Positions 29,922 through 44,668 of a stretch of DNA of 64,000 nucleotides are shown here, in pieces. The first letter of the stretch is position 1. Each line of letters begins with the position of its first letter. The position numbers and the translations under genes were made by a program. This DNA is from Octopus vulgaris (taxonomy: Eukaryota): contig OX597821.1 of the NCBI GenBank assembly GCA_951406725.2, positions 10,354,001 through 10,418,000 on the forward strand, given 5' to 3'. The notes beneath the pieces were generated by a model. The model was not told where the DNA came from and did not search any database. It worked only from the letters and a program-made list of their open reading frames with translations.

Positions 29922-30514
29922 TGTGTCTATATTTCTAAGTTAAGAAATGATATGATTATACATTGCCTGATCAGAGGACGTAATTTCGTACCGACATGCT
30001 AAAATATATGCTTATTTAAGTAAATATTTGTATACATCAAAGCAACGTAGCACACAGAAGCTAACATACGTCAAGAAAAATTGCAATCCTATTTGAATGC
30101 CCTTTCTGCAAAAGCCTATAAATTGTTTGTGTGAAAATCTAGAACGTTGTACAAAATCATATATCCGCTGCATTAGAAACACTTAGGGAAATAAACTATT
30201 AGTGTTTCGGGAAATAGTAAGGCTACTAGAGAAACTTTGTCCAGAATGTAATTTTACGTTACTATATTCAGCTACAACTATAATATGTTTCTTATAATTT
30301 CTGATAGTGTGTATGTGTCTAACAATTTGGAAAAGCCTTCAGAGCTATGGCACAAAATCGAGAAATAAAATGTTAGAGCCATAACATTTATTTTATTCAC
30401 ATGAGATATCAGATAATCTATGGATAGATATACTGATATAAAATATTAGACATAAACATTTTATATTTTTCCCGAGAGGATTAGTAAGTATATAAAAATG
30501 ATATATATACATAC

Positions 30515-30589
<75 letters not shown>

Positions 30590-30657
30590 CATACATATAA
30601 ATGCATATATATACATAGTTATATATTTATGTATATACATACGTATATGAATTATAT

Positions 30658-30697
<40 letters not shown>

Positions 30698-31374
30698 AAA
30701 TATATATATAAATGTATATATATATATATATGTGTGTGTATATATATATATTTATACATGTATATATGTATATATGTATATATGTATATATGTATATATG
30801 TATATGCATATATTTGTATATATATATATGTGGGGGGGGGCATATGTGTGCCTGTGTGTGTGTCTGTGTGTCTGTGTGTGTACGTCAAGAAATACCTATT
30901 GTTTCTTTCAAAAGAGACAAAGAGTCAATAGGACTACGAAAAGAAGGGATCAAATAAATGAGACAAGAGTAATTAAACATTGGTCATGGGACAAACATTA
31001 AAATGAGTTAATGACTTTATATACTGTATCAAAACTCCTACACACATCGTATATAAATAAACATTACCATGGCTTTCATAATATATAAATTAGAACATAA
31101 AATATATAAGACATACAAATACAGAAAACCAGGAAAGGTAAAAGCATATACTTATATGCGAAAAGACACGTATATGAAGGTCCTATCAAAGAACGACTAA
31201 AGTTTTATAAGATACCTAATAAACAAAAACTCTGTCATACTGAACAAGTTGAGAAAGCGGGTAAACAAATAAAGAATAAAACCACTAAAAAGTTATGTTT
31301 ACATCACACACACCAAAAGGTAATAATCCATGAGTTAGATATGTCGAATCAAAAATACGTCCACACAGAATTTA

Positions 31375-31852
31375 ATAGTTCATGAGTAAGTTTCCCCAGA
31401 ATAAACTAAAACTAAACACATCACGTATGGCCATTTCGGGAGCACATGACCATAGTTAGATTGCAATTAATACATATCACGGTAATGACCCCCTCGTCAT
31501 GATGAATAGAGAGATAGGATACAAGACCAGGATAAACTTTATCATGACGCACACCTAAATTAATTCTGGGTTTGAAACCGGCGTTTTTATCTTTTTTAAA
31601 AATAGTCAATGACCTTTGAGCAATGTAATTGAAAATGAAAAAAAGTCTTTGTTTTTTTAAGTATTAAACTAGGCTTTCGGTATGATAAGGTTTTTCCTGG
31701 TCTGGTGTTTGTATCCTATCTCTTTATTCATCCTGACGAGTGGGCCATTACCGTGACATGCATCAATTGCAATCTAACTATGGTGACGTGCCCCCGAAAT
31801 GGCCATAGATGATGTGTTTAGTTTATTCTAGGAAAACTTACTCCTGAACTAT
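31375..31852. repeat. Inverted repeat (about 170-bp arms, 136-bp spacer) of an HHR-containing pseudo-LTR-like unit
   Basis: 31375-31545 is the diverged reverse complement of 31682-31852. Confidence 0.85.
31729..31811 (+). ncRNA. Type I hammerhead-like motif
   Basis: catc CTGACGA g-tgggc...gccccc GAAA TGGCCA TA gatg; the mirror copy at about 31420-31505 (-) has ATGACGA. Confidence 0.75.
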
Positions 31853-31857
31853 GTGGC

Positions 31858-32645
31858 AATGATCCTGAAAATGTAAATGTTACATCCAACTTTAGAACAA
31901 TAACAAGCCTTTCGCTAATGTGGAATCTAGTGCCAGGTGCTATGGCCGTTGAACTGTACAGCTACTTGGAAAAACCTGGGCCGATAACCATTGATCAGAA
32001 AGGTTGCCGAAAAAGGAACCAGAAAAGGATCAGCTCTTAATTGATAATCTAATGATCCCGTACTGCAAGAGAAGACACACAAACCTAATCATGGCATAGG
32101 TTGACTATCGCAAAGCATACGATATGATACCATATTCCTGGATAATAATAAGAATGGAAATGTTGGAATTGCACAGACTATGTGAAGCTCTATATGGAAT
32201 AGCATAAAATACTGGAGAACGGAATTGACAGCAGGGAAATAAGTACTAGGAGAGAAGAAAAGCAAGAGAGGATCTTCCAGGGGAAGAGTGTGTATCCACT
32301 GATATTCGTGCTAGGAATTATCCTCTTGAGAAAATACAACAGAAAACAAAGTTACGATATGAATTTGGAAGAGAAAAAGGAAAACTGAACCATTGCTATT
32401 CAGGGAGGATTTGAACCCATTCACATCATCTGAGGTTGAAGTGGACCGCCTAGTCCAGTCTATGCGAATTTTCTTCAATGATATTAAGATGGAGTTTGGA
32501 CTCGCAAAATATGCTATGATGGCAATGAGACGAGGAAGGCTTGTAGGGCATAAGGCATGTGGCTGACAGGTGGTGAAATGATGAAGGCAATTCGACCTCA
32601 GTCCAGCAATAAATACCTCGAAATACTTGCGGTAGATGGAGATAA
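31858..32645 (+). pseudogene. R4/Dong-like reverse transcriptase fragment
   Basis: SNFRTITSLSLMW; DQKGCRK; KDQLLID; MA*VDYRKAYDMIPYSWI; FQGKSVYPLIFV; DIKMEFGLAKYA. Confidence 0.85.
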
Positions 32646-33109
32646 ACATAAAGATGTTGATATCGTGTTGATATCTGGCGTGAAATTCTACAAATTATAC
32701 CTTGCAAAGAGGATCACACTCACGATCTACAGACAAATTGTGTAGGTAAAATTACGTAATTTATTGATAGTGAAACAGTTATTTGTGATTAATCTATATT
32801 TTTGTTATTTTTCATTTGTCTTGCTCGCTTATGTTTCTGGTGTGCTAAATTTTCTGGAGAACAATTCTTAGTGGTTGAGATCATAGCGGATCTTCTTCTA
32901 GTATAAGGGTATATATATATATATGCGCTACAACACACCCGAACATAAGGTCTAGAATGTTAATTTGCACGAAGGCTACATCAGATAATATTTGTGTGTG
33001 TGTGTGCACGCGCAATTGTATTTTTATGCGCACGCCTGTCTGTATGTGTGTTTGCGTGTATGTATGTAATTATGTATTTACGTGTATGTGTATAGATGTA
33101 GCATGTATG

Positions 33110-33270
33110 AATGGCGTTAGTCTTCCACCTACTAAAATCCCTCAGAAAGCTTCGGGAGGGCCGTGCAGTGACTATAGTAGGAGACAATTGCCAATAACTT
33201 GCAACGCTGTGCAAATGAATCTGGACACACAAGGTCTAGAAGCAAGTCTCTTATAATACATCCAGGTTTG
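33110..33270 (-). mobile_element. Decayed SINE head (6663/7756 family)
   Basis: ctatagtaggagacaattgcc and neighbouring sequence align loosely with 6940-7060. Confidence 0.45.
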
Positions 33271-33333
33271 GGACTATAAATATATGTTTGTGGATGTGAG
33301 TGTGTGTGTGCGCGCGAGTGTGTGTGTATATAC

Positions 33334-33364
<31 letters not shown>

Positions 33365-33779
33365 CATATTTGATTTCAAGTATATGTTATGATCTTGATA
33401 CTGTCGAAAATCGGAGTATCTACAAAGCAACTCTTCGCACGAAGCCGTGTCTGTCTACACTGTTTGCTAACAATCTCCCGGAAGACTGAAATTTGACAAG
33501 TGTAAGAAATTCGAGAACATCATCGGTAAATCCAACGTTTGTATGTTTTGAAGAGCATTATGATCTCGAAATACAATGACAAAGAACAAGTATATCACAA
33601 ATTTAATTACTTCTAAAATTGTTTCAGTTATACTCCGCTTTGGGCGCTATTGCACGCAAATATTCATGTGGAAATTCAAGTAATATTTACATTTTATCAG
33701 CCTTACATCAAATAATTTACCCTCGCATTGTGCAACGGCTAAGCGTTTGATGTAGTACTACTCTAAATTAAATCAGCTC

Positions 33780-33960
33780 AAATACTAGTTCCATATTTTG
33801 GTACAAGGCTGGGAACCTCGGGGGACAAGATAAGTTGATTCCATTGCCATTTTTGTCCAAATAGTATCATTTGTGCTGCCCGAAATATTGAAAGGCAATC
33901 TCGACCTCGACGGAATGAGAACTTAGTACGTAAAACAATTCTAACAGTTCGTTTCGTTTC
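33780..33960. mobile_element. Decayed SINE fragment
   Basis: gaaaggcaatctcgacctcgacggaatgagaact resembles a common octopus SINE segment. Confidence 0.35.
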
Positions 33961-34069
33961 TCACCACAAATATTACATAGCATTTTCCATGAAATATGTG
34001 CAATGGCATTAAGAACTTCGTGTTATCGAAACAATTGTAAATTATAATTAAAGATGCTCGAAACCCATT

Positions 34070-34107
<38 letters not shown>

Positions 34108-34109
34108 TA

Positions 34110-34265
34110 TAGACGCCACTAACGTGTAAGGGTTATAGTCAGCACCAGTATTGCTAGTAATAAGATTCAGGACAACACTTAGCCACGAGAAAGTACTTAT
34201 CCTATGATTGACAAGGTAGGCAAGCTCCCTATAGCGTCCGGGATGTAGCTGTATACACACACATG

Positions 34266-34304
<39 letters not shown>

Positions 34305-34458
34305 CATCGCAACTCATTTGAAAAGCGGAGCGAACAGGAGCAACGTGAAATAAAGTGTCTTGCTCAAGAACACAACACGCTGCTCGGTACAGAAATCAGA
34401 CTCATACATAACCTCACGATCGTATGATCGACGCTGTAACTACTGATACACGCGCCTT
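34110..34458 (-). mobile_element. Decayed tRNA-derived SINE
   Basis: Minus strand: aggcgcgtg...gtgttgtgttcttgagcaagacactttatttcacgttgctcc. Confidence 0.55.
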
Positions 34459-34582
34459 TACGTTTATATATATATATATATATATATAAGTAAGGAAAAA
34501 TTTTTTTAAAAATGCAGAATGCTCAAATGAAAGAAAATTTTAATAAAATGAGAAAATGATAAAATATATAAATATATATATT

Positions 34583-34623
34583 TATTCAACCGGTTTCCGT
34601 CAATGTATGACTTGTCAAGAATA
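34583..34623 (-). ncRNA. Minimal hammerhead-like motif, U3-A8 core
   Basis: Minus strand: tattc TTGACAA gtca-tacat-tgac g GAAA CCGG TT gaata. Confidence 0.72.
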
Positions 34624-35259
34624 TTTATGTTTTAAGAAGTTTTTTTAAAAATTAGAAAGGGGAAAAAAAGAAAATTGCAATGTTTTTTGTAAAAGAATAA
34701 TGATAAAAATGTACAAAAATTAAAAAATAAGTTCTCCGATACATTGTGAGTTCGTGGTGTATCTTGAGTTTTATGGTTGTTTACCAAAAAATTACCTTGA
34801 GGTGTTAAGATCCAAAAGGATTAAGAGCATGTGATGTGTTGTGTTGTTAAATTCAGCATGTTGCAGGACAGGAAGTAGTAGTAATTGTGGTCCTGGTTCT
34901 TCAGTTCCTGTGTTGTGAGTAAGGGGAGACAACTCTTTTGAGTTCTTCAATAAAACCCAAATTATAAAACTATCATTTTAGCTTCATTTGCATTATCTTT
35001 TTTTATATAATTGCTTGTTAACTTAACTTTCAGATTTTAACACTTTATTTATATTATTTTCTAATAATATAAAACTGCATAGACAATTGCATTTCAAATT
35101 GTCATATCATTTATAATAAAAATGATAGTAGTAACAACAACAATAGTGAAAATGATATTTAAAGAATATAAGTTTTAGCTTGAAGTGGTGAATGCATGGT
35201 ATCTTTATATATTTGTGTTAGTCCATCCATGAAGAGTGAGGTAGAGAAAGGAAGTTTGA

Positions 35260-37520
35260 TCAACGAGGAGTTTGCATATTAAGTTGTGTTTGGAATTTTT
35301 CAATAAAGAAATTCTCCTTGTTAATTCTCTCCTGTGTGGTGATCCCGTCTTTACATTGGTAGAAGGGGAATATATAGAATTTGGGGTTTAAGTCTTTAGC
35401 ACATGAGTCTAAGTGGTCACTCAGTGGAATTTGTCGGTATTCCGGGAGATTTATTTGTTCTTTATGCACCGTTACTCGTTTACGTAACGGGAGACTCGTT
35501 TGTCCCACATAATTATGTTGGCAACCAGCGCATGTGAGAACGTAGATAAGGTTCTCGGAGGAACAGGAGAAGTTAGTCTTGATTTTAAACTTCGTACCTT
35601 GTTTGAAGGTAAATTCAGAGCCTTCAAGTAGAAAGGGGCAGGTACCACAGTTTGAGCGTGCACATTTTTTTACTGTTGGGGGTGGATGTGGTGTGTGAAG
35701 TTTGGCATTTGTCAAGAGTTTTTTTAAAGATTTGTGTTGCCTTTTGCATTTGAGGATTTTGTGTGTATTTATAATGTTTTTCATTTTTGGGTCTGTTGAC
35801 AGTAGACTGAGGTGTTGTATGATTGTGGTGTATGCTTCGATATTTTTGGGGTTGTGGGTGGAAATGTATGGAAGTATTTTGAGGTTGTGTGTGGTGTTAG
35901 GTTGGGTGGTTATCAGTGTAGTGTTGTCTAGTTCTTTGGCGCGTTTTATTCCATACTCTATAAGGGTGGAGGGATATTGACGTTGTAATAGTGTTTTTTT
36001 TGAGGTCTTGAAGGCGTATTTCTCGTGTTTTTGGATCCGAGACAATGGTGCATACCCTTTTAGCTAAATTGAAAGGGATATTTGTCTTGGTGTGTTTTGG
36101 GTGGCATGAACTAAAGAGGAGGTATTGTTGTGAGTCTGTAGGTTTGTGGTAGATGTCTGTTATGATTTGGTTCTTAGGTGTTTTTATAATTAGGAGATCA
36201 AGGAATGGGAGATGATGTTTGCTAAATTCCATAGTGAATTGGATGTTGGGATGTATGTTGTTTAGTATGGTTTTGAATTCCAGGAGTTTTTCATAAGGTT
36301 CTTTCCATATGATGAAACAATCATCTAAATACCTTTTCCAGTTTTCCATTAGGTAGGTGTGGAAAACATGTCCAAATTTCTGGCTTGATATTTCATAGAG
36401 TGACAGTTCGAAGTAACCCATTATGAGGTTCGCAAGGACTGGTGCAGCCTTGGTACCCATCGCAATGCCACATTTTTGACGGTAGTGTGTGTCGTCGAAG
36501 AGAAAAAAATTGTTTGTCAGAATGAACTTAAGAGATTCTGTAATAAAAGACTTGTTAATGCGGTCAGGGAATGTCTCTGGGTGTTTTTCTAGCCAGAAGT
36601 CAATTGCCTCTATACCATACTCATGTGGAATGTTGGTGTAGAGGTTGATGACGTCAAAGGATACCAGGAGTGCCTCCTCGTTAACTGTTTTCGGGAGGTG
36701 TTTGAGCATGTCCAGATCATCCCTAATGAAACTTTTGATGTGGGTAAGGAAAGGTTTCAAAAGGATGTCTAGGAAGTTACTCAGGCGGTGTGTTTCACAG
36801 GAGGTACCAGCCACGATGGGCCTTAGTTTTAGGTCCTCCGGTGCTTTGATGTTGATGTGGATGTCAGTGGAGAGTTTGCAGGCTTCGGTGATGTATTTGT
36901 TTTTATGGATTTTAGGAAGGCCATAAAAAAGGTTGGGCTTGCATTTGAAAATGGTGATATAATCCCTTTCTTTTTCTGTGAGTCCCTGACCGTGTTGGCG
37001 TATGAGTGTGGTGAGGTTTCTGATTGTTTTTTGCTGTTTGTAGTTGTTAATAACCTCATAGAAAATGTTATTGTTAAGCATGGAGAACACTAGGTGTTTA
37101 TAAAATTCCGTGTCCATAAGGACCACAGCACTCCCTTTGTCCGCTTCTTTGATGCTGAGGTTTTTATCCAGTTGTATGTCACGTAGGTTTTCCCATTCTT
37201 CCTTACTGAAATTGGATTTTACCTTGGTTTTGCTTGGGGTAAAGGGGAGACTCTGGATGTGTTTACAGAAATCGTCCAGTGTTTTATTTCTCCCTTTTGG
37301 TGGTAGGAAGTTGCTTTTATTTCTGATCAATGAGACGTCCCCATTGTTGATATCTGTCAAAGCTTCTGTTAGGCGAAGTTTTCTGCAGAATTCAGAAACG
37401 TCATCCTTGACCTCCGGGGGTTGGGTGTTCTTGGGGTGGGTGTGAATTTCAAACCTCTTGCTAGGATGTTGATTTGGGTTGGTGTCAGTGTTTTGCTGGA
37501 GAGGTTTATAATTTTTGTTT
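35260..37520 (-). pseudogene. PLE RT-GIY-YIG ORF with two frameshifts (about 37420 and the A-run at about 36000)
   Basis: ORFs 35897..37360 (ADKG, SFDV, GIAMG, YLDD) and 35260..36045 (CARSNCGTC, LIY..C..C..YVGQT). Confidence 0.92.
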
Positions 37521-38200
37521 TCTTATTTTGGGTCTGTGTTAGCGGTGGTGTTTGTATTTTTCCCCTCTGTCTAAAAAATGGTTGTTGAGGTAAGGGGTGT
37601 ATTCTTTGTTAAAGTTCTGGTTGTATGTGTAGGAGTGTTTTGGGTGGGGAGGTTGGAGGGGGGTAGGTAGTTGTCGTATTTGTGTTGGTATGGGATGCGA
37701 TGGTGTAAGGATTTGTGAGAAATGCGATGGGTTTGTGGGTGTGTGTCTGGTAGATTGTATGGGGGGATGTAGGGGGGTATGTAGTTGTGGTGATTGGGTT
37801 CGTGTGGGATGTGAGGGTTTGGAGATCTGTAGGAGATGTGGTAGGAATGTGGTTGTTGGATGGGTGGACTATAGGGGGTTCGTTGGGTGGGTCTTATATG
37901 TATCGGTGTGGGTAGGATGCCTTGTTTGTTATTAGTGTGAGGGAGGGGAGCCTTGAGGGGGGATAATTTCTAGTGTATGGGAGGTTCTTGAAGGTTCTAA
38001 TCGGTGGGGGAGGGGTGTTAGAGTGATTGGAAAACCAGGTTTTGTGGTGGGTCTTGTTTGAGATGTTTCGGGGGGAAAGGGTTTTTTATATGGTTGGGGG
38101 AGGTTGTGTCCTGTTAGGAGGGGGTTTGGAGAGTATGTGTATTTGAGGTGCGGTTTGGAATGGTGTTTATGGGGTACAGTGGAAGTCTGTGTTGTGGGTA

Positions 38201-38233
<33 letters not shown>

Positions 38234-38234
38234 T

Positions 38235-38475
38235 TATGTATGAGTCCGATTCAAATGAGTTGCGACGTCACAGGTGCCAATCTGTATCAGCATTTAACTT
38301 TTCCTTGGATAACATCGGTGGAGTGAAGAGGAGAGGCTGGTATATATTGGCGACTGCTGGTCTTCCAAAAAGGCAATCTTAGGCCGGGCGTTCGCCTGTG
38401 AGGCGACTTCCTACTGTAATCTAGATTGGAACCTCTTCTGTGCATTCAGGGTCATTCGTAACAATACGAGTTGAG
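38235..38475 (+). mobile_element. SINE 3' fragment related to 42485-42780
   Basis: Shared gataacat.gg.gg.gt.gagaggg...tggtcttcca segments. Confidence 0.55.
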
Positions 38476-38489
38476 TAATATATATTTAT

Positions 38490-38759
<270 letters not shown>

Positions 38760-38820
38760 TAATTTACTCTGCTATGTATTGAGTACCTTATTTACTGTGG
38801 TTAACCCCGACTCAACCCGG

Positions 38821-38884
<64 letters not shown>

Positions 38885-38928
38885 GTATGTATCTGTGCAT
38901 ATATATATATATGCGATTGTGTGTGTAT

Positions 38929-38962
<34 letters not shown>

Positions 38963-40161
38963 TAGCAATTATTACGGTGTGTAGTACATCTATATATTTG
39001 TTTTACTTTATCTATAGTCATTTACATCATATTTAGTTTAAACTTATGCGATGGAAGATTCCGCTGCATAGAGATCACACACTTGCATTGGGATCCATTT
39101 ACTTTCAACTGATCATCAGTCTATGCACATTTTAAAAAGCTCTTATAACTCATATATCTAACAAAACTGCATCTAATAGTCAACTTGATTTATCCAAAGA
39201 AAATAACTCGAACTGCGTTCACAAATATATCATCCATACCTGAATATATTGATTATATCTAATTTAGTAGCCAATAATTGTACAAAATATCGTAAGATTG
39301 ATAGTCCACATATAGCTAGTGGGTCTATTTTTAAGAAATACTTTAATCGAATTATAGATCTAGTATTCTCATTTCTAACCTCAGACCTAAGGTCAGTATT
39401 AGTTTAACCTCATAGCGGTTTTGTAGCCGTAACACATTTCTAAATCTTCCTCTCACATTCTTTTCATTTAATCTAGCTAAGATTATATATACGTTGTATA
39501 TAGCTAGTTTAGACGGTTCTTGAATAAGATTATATAGAATATTAACCAGGTGAAGGTAAATGAATGCAAATGAACTTGCTAGTTCTGCATGCAGCAGAAC
39601 CATGCGTCGAACAAATTAATACAAATTATGTTGTATAAATGTCTGTAGAAAAAAATAGGCAGATGTAACAATCTCCGTATTTATGGTAATTATGCTGGAT
39701 ATACACTCAGTAAAATACTTATAATCTGCAGAACAGTATTTAGTGTTTGCCCACCGGATGAAATTGCCAGTGGCATTGCTTACCTTAAGTGACTTTAATG
39801 TACTCCTTACAAATCGATGAGACTAGCCATAATATGGTACACACCTGGATGCTTTATTCTTATTTCTTGGTTTTATATATATATATAATTAAGAGCATAG
39901 AAAAAGTCTAGCCTATATACTGAAAACAGACGTCAGATTGACCAAACACTTTAAAAATCATCACAAAATTAGTAACGTTTTGAAATCGGGGAGCAAGTCT
40001 ATGGGAAACTTGATAACAATAAAATAACTCTGAATTGATCAATTTATGGACATGCCTAGTGGGTCTTTCTCGTCAGCAGAGCACACACAGACACAAATAC
40101 AGAGACACACACAGAGACACACACAGACACACGCACACAGAGGCACACACACACACATATA

Positions 40162-40169
<8 letters not shown>

Positions 40170-40202
<33 letters not shown>

Positions 40203-40227
40203 GCACACACAAACCCATATTTGTATA

Positions 40228-40316
<89 letters not shown>

Positions 40317-40333
40317 GCACACACAAACCCATA

Positions 40334-40390
<57 letters not shown>

Positions 40391-40413
40391 GCACCCACAA
40401 ACCCATATCTGTA
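40170..40413. repeat. Compound minisatellite: 3x [(TA)n + acgcacacacaaacccatatYtgta]
   Basis: Units at about 40201, 40315 and 40389. Confidence 0.85.
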
Positions 40414-41869
40414 TGGGAAATAATGGAGAAATTTTAGATGGAGAACATTAGTAGACGATCTAGAAAGTGTAGTTTCTATTATACACATTATGATAAATTC
40501 GCTAATCTCAGATGAGTTTTAATAAAATGTTTATCATGTAGTTACTCTATACAAAATTAATTATGTGTTGATGACAAACTAGCGGGATACTAATAAATCT
40601 CTTTATATTATCGTTATAGAATACGAGATGTGTTATTTCACAAAGTAATCAAACCAATCATGATATTTCCAATATCTATATTATGTGATGACATTGGTAT
40701 TTCTTCTAACTGTTTAATGCAAATTCATTAGATTCATTGTTCATTGCGTCACGACATGTCTTATTAACAAAAATATTGTTCATTGGTATTATTTATTGGA
40801 ATTTTGGTTATAAATGTGACATAAAGTCTGTTATAAAATAAATAAATTAATCAAAGATATTAGTTAAACATGTGAATGTTATTCAGACATATTCTGTTGT
40901 AAAAGAGGCGGCAGCGAAGCCTGTGTTTTCTTGCATCGCACAACTCATCTAACTGAGTTTAATATCATCATCATTTCCTTACAGTTTTCTTTTTCATTTT
41001 ATATTTATTTGTTTGTTTTGTTTATTTTGCATTTTGCTTTCATTCTATATTTTTACCGAGATTTGTATCAGAAGACTGGTCGAAGAATAATATACCTCAC
41101 CATACTTATGCCAAATTTGATGGAGGTGTTCTATTCTGTTACCACATTCTCAACCATTTCTAAGAATAATTCTGTTCAACAGAATGTGTAACGTACAGCT
41201 GATACTTGAGTAGAGAATGTGCTTACAATTTCACATGTAAAGTCCATACATTAATTCACAATTATTTTAATTAACTTAAAACCGAATCGATGTAGATGAT
41301 GGAGAGAGCTCTATAAAATATGCTGAACAGGAATTGAGTAAATAATAATGCCTGTCTTAACATATTTATCTCCAAAATATCATAACAATATTCTACATCA
41401 TCTACTTATATTGTTTTCTTTTTATTAATACAACTGGTTATCACACGTCTCTTCCACTGGTATACATGTTGGAAAGGAGAGTGCAATACGTTATCAACGC
41501 CCTGTATTTGAAACGTTAATCCAATATCAGTAGATTTTCATCACCTTTCTTTCGAGCATGCACGTACAAGAAGGTGGCTGATGTATGATTCTTTATTTAC
41601 CAGCATCCTGAGGTCTCTAGAAATTTTATCTGTATTTTCTGCATAGCCTTTACGATCACGGTTATATACGTAATAGCTTAATGTTAATTGGATATTAAAT
41701 AACCATATGATGAAATTTAAAAATAACTATCATAAATATACGTTACCCTTTCGCCAAATTTTACAGACGTCTTCCTCAACAGTACAGATTATGAATCAAG
41801 AAGGACACATACGCAGATGCTTCATTATCAACGGTAACGGACAAAATATCATTGAGTAACCATCGTTAC

Positions 41870-41934
<65 letters not shown>

Positions 41935-41956
41935 ACTTGTATATATATATTCATAC

Positions 41957-42000
<44 letters not shown>

Positions 42001-42023
42001 GAGTATGTGTTTGTGTGTACTTG

Positions 42024-42075
<52 letters not shown>

Positions 42076-42134
42076 TAGAGAGATAGAGAGAGAGAGATAG
42101 AGAGAGAGAGATAGATAGATAGATAGAGAGAGAG

Positions 42135-42325
42135 ATGATATATCGGCAGCCACTACACACATTTTTTCTCTCCTTGTTTCTTTCTGTGTTCCTTTCTGTG
42201 GAAGAGCGTAGGCTCGAAACGTTAAAGACTTTTCAACTCCCAAGCGTTATACTAATACATCTGTTGGTTTTCTATACCATCTGTCTTCGTCTTTTGTTTT
42301 TTTTCCTGAATTCTCTCTCTATATA
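42135..42325 (+). mobile_element. Short solo PLE-terminus-like element with HHR-like motif at 42192-42227
   Basis: cttt CTGTGGAA gagc-gtag-gctc GAAACG TT aaag; lies between GA and TA tracts; resembles the 45930-46100 terminus. Confidence 0.65.
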
Positions 42326-42484
42326 TTCATATAAAGCACGGTGTTTAGTTCACAGGTGATCTAAACGATTAGGTACGCTACGTATGTGTTTTAACTGATT
42401 ACTAGGGCTCAAACGTTATAGCAGAGACGGTAGATATGGAGACATTGCAGATATTTATATGTGTATGTATACATATGTATACAT

Positions 42485-42780
42485 GTCTGAGTGGTTAGAG
42501 CGTTGGGCTTAAAATGATGAGGTAGAGAGTTCAATTCCCGGAACAGGTTGTTTTGTTTGCGTTATTCAGAAAGATCTTTTATTACGACTTACTCTATTGT
42601 GGAATTGAGTTGAAATGTCGGTAGTGTCAAGCTATATCGGTCTTCGCCATACCTTTCGATAACATGGGCGGCGTTGAGAGGGGAATGTAGTATGTAGCGA
42701 CAATTGGTCTTCCATAAAACTACTTTGCCCAGACTTGTGCCTCGGAGAGTAACTTTCTATATGCAATTCCACGAACATTT
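42485..42780 (+). mobile_element. Decayed tRNA-derived SINE
   Basis: gagtggttagagcg (A box) ... gttcaattccc (B box). Confidence 0.6.
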
Positions 42781-43429
42781 ATGACATCCTTTTCCACCCC
42801 TCTACTCTACCCCTTCGTCGGAAGATACTACGTGCCTTCCGTCACCTCCAGCTCGATCGCACGACCCGCCCCATTTTCCCCAACCCACCCCTGTCCTCCT
42901 TCAAACGAGCCCGGAATCTACACGACCTCCTGGTCCATAGCACCCTCTCTTCTTCCCCTTCAGCCCCACACGGATCTTTCCCGTGCTCTAGATCCCGCTG
43001 CAACACCTGCCCCTTTATCATCAACACCACTGCTGTCACCGGTTCCAACCAGCGAACTGTACGTATCAGACATTCTTTTACGTGCACTTCGTCTGGCTTC
43101 ATATACTGCATTAAATGCAACCTCTGTGGCATCTTGTATATAGGACAGACGGGACGCCGGTTGTCAGACCGATTCGCCGAACATATAAGGGATGTTCGTC
43201 TACGGTCCTTTTATCCCGTCGCTCGTCACTTCCGCTCGGCCAGGTATTCTCCCGATGACATCTCTGTGTTTTGGTCTCGCCCCACACATCGGTCCTCCAC
43301 AATCCAGGCTTCACTTGGAGCAACGTTTCATCTTCACTCTACAAACCAATACCCCACACGGACTCAACACAGCCCCCTCCTCTTAGTGACTGCGCTCTAC
43401 ATCTCCCCACCTTTTATTTTTTATCCTTA

Positions 43430-43894
43430 TACAAACACACACACATATACTCACGTATCCACGAACACACCCTCCAACACACATACTTCCAACACACCAC
43501 ACACATACAACCTACACGCACATGTATGCACACATACTTCCACAACTATACACACACCCACACACATCCACGCGAACACACACATGCCCATGCACACACA
43601 CCAACAAACAATACTCATACAGAGAAGCACACCTTTATAAACACCGAGCAGAGACACACACACCCATACACGCAAGTCACGCGCATGTACATTACGCCCA
43701 CACAACTCCAGAGGAAACCCCACCCACACACGCATACATTCATACACACACACGCATACATACGTACACACACATACATACATACATTCATACATTCATT
43801 CATACATACATACATACATACATACTGACACACAAACATACACATACACACACGTATATATACATACACACATACATACACACATACATACATA

Positions 43895-43926
<32 letters not shown>

Positions 43927-44617
43927 TACACACATACACACATACATACGCACAAACACATATACACACATACATACACACACATATATGCACATACACA
44001 TATACACACATACATACACACATACATACATACATACATACATACATACATACATACACACACATACACACATACACGCATGCACACATACATACATACA
44101 CACATACATGCATGCACACATACACACACATAAATACACACATACATACAGACATACATACACACACATACACACATACACGCATGAACACATACATACA
44201 TACATTCATACATTCATCCATACATACATACATACATACACACACACAAACACACACATACACACACATATATACATACACACATACATACACACATACA
44301 TACATACACAGACATACACACATACACATATACACACATACATACACACAAACACACATACATACACACACATATATGCACATACACATATACAAACACA
44401 TACATACACACATACATACACACATACATACACACACATACATACATACACGCATGCACACATACATACATACATACACACATACATGCATGCACACATA
44501 CATACAGACATACATACACACACATACACACATACACGCATGCACACATATATACACACATACACACACACATACACGCATGCACATATACATACACACA
44601 CACATACATACATACAC

Positions 44618-44668
<51 letters not shown>

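Larger units (their letters stand above)
34489..38202 (-). mobile_element. Neptune-type PLE (second family), 3.7 kb, flanked by (TA)n on both sides
   Basis: N-terminal IINLSS...RGLKFTPTP, RT, GIY-YIG, 3' region with HHR; TA tracts at 34465-34488 and 38203-38231. Confidence 0.93.
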
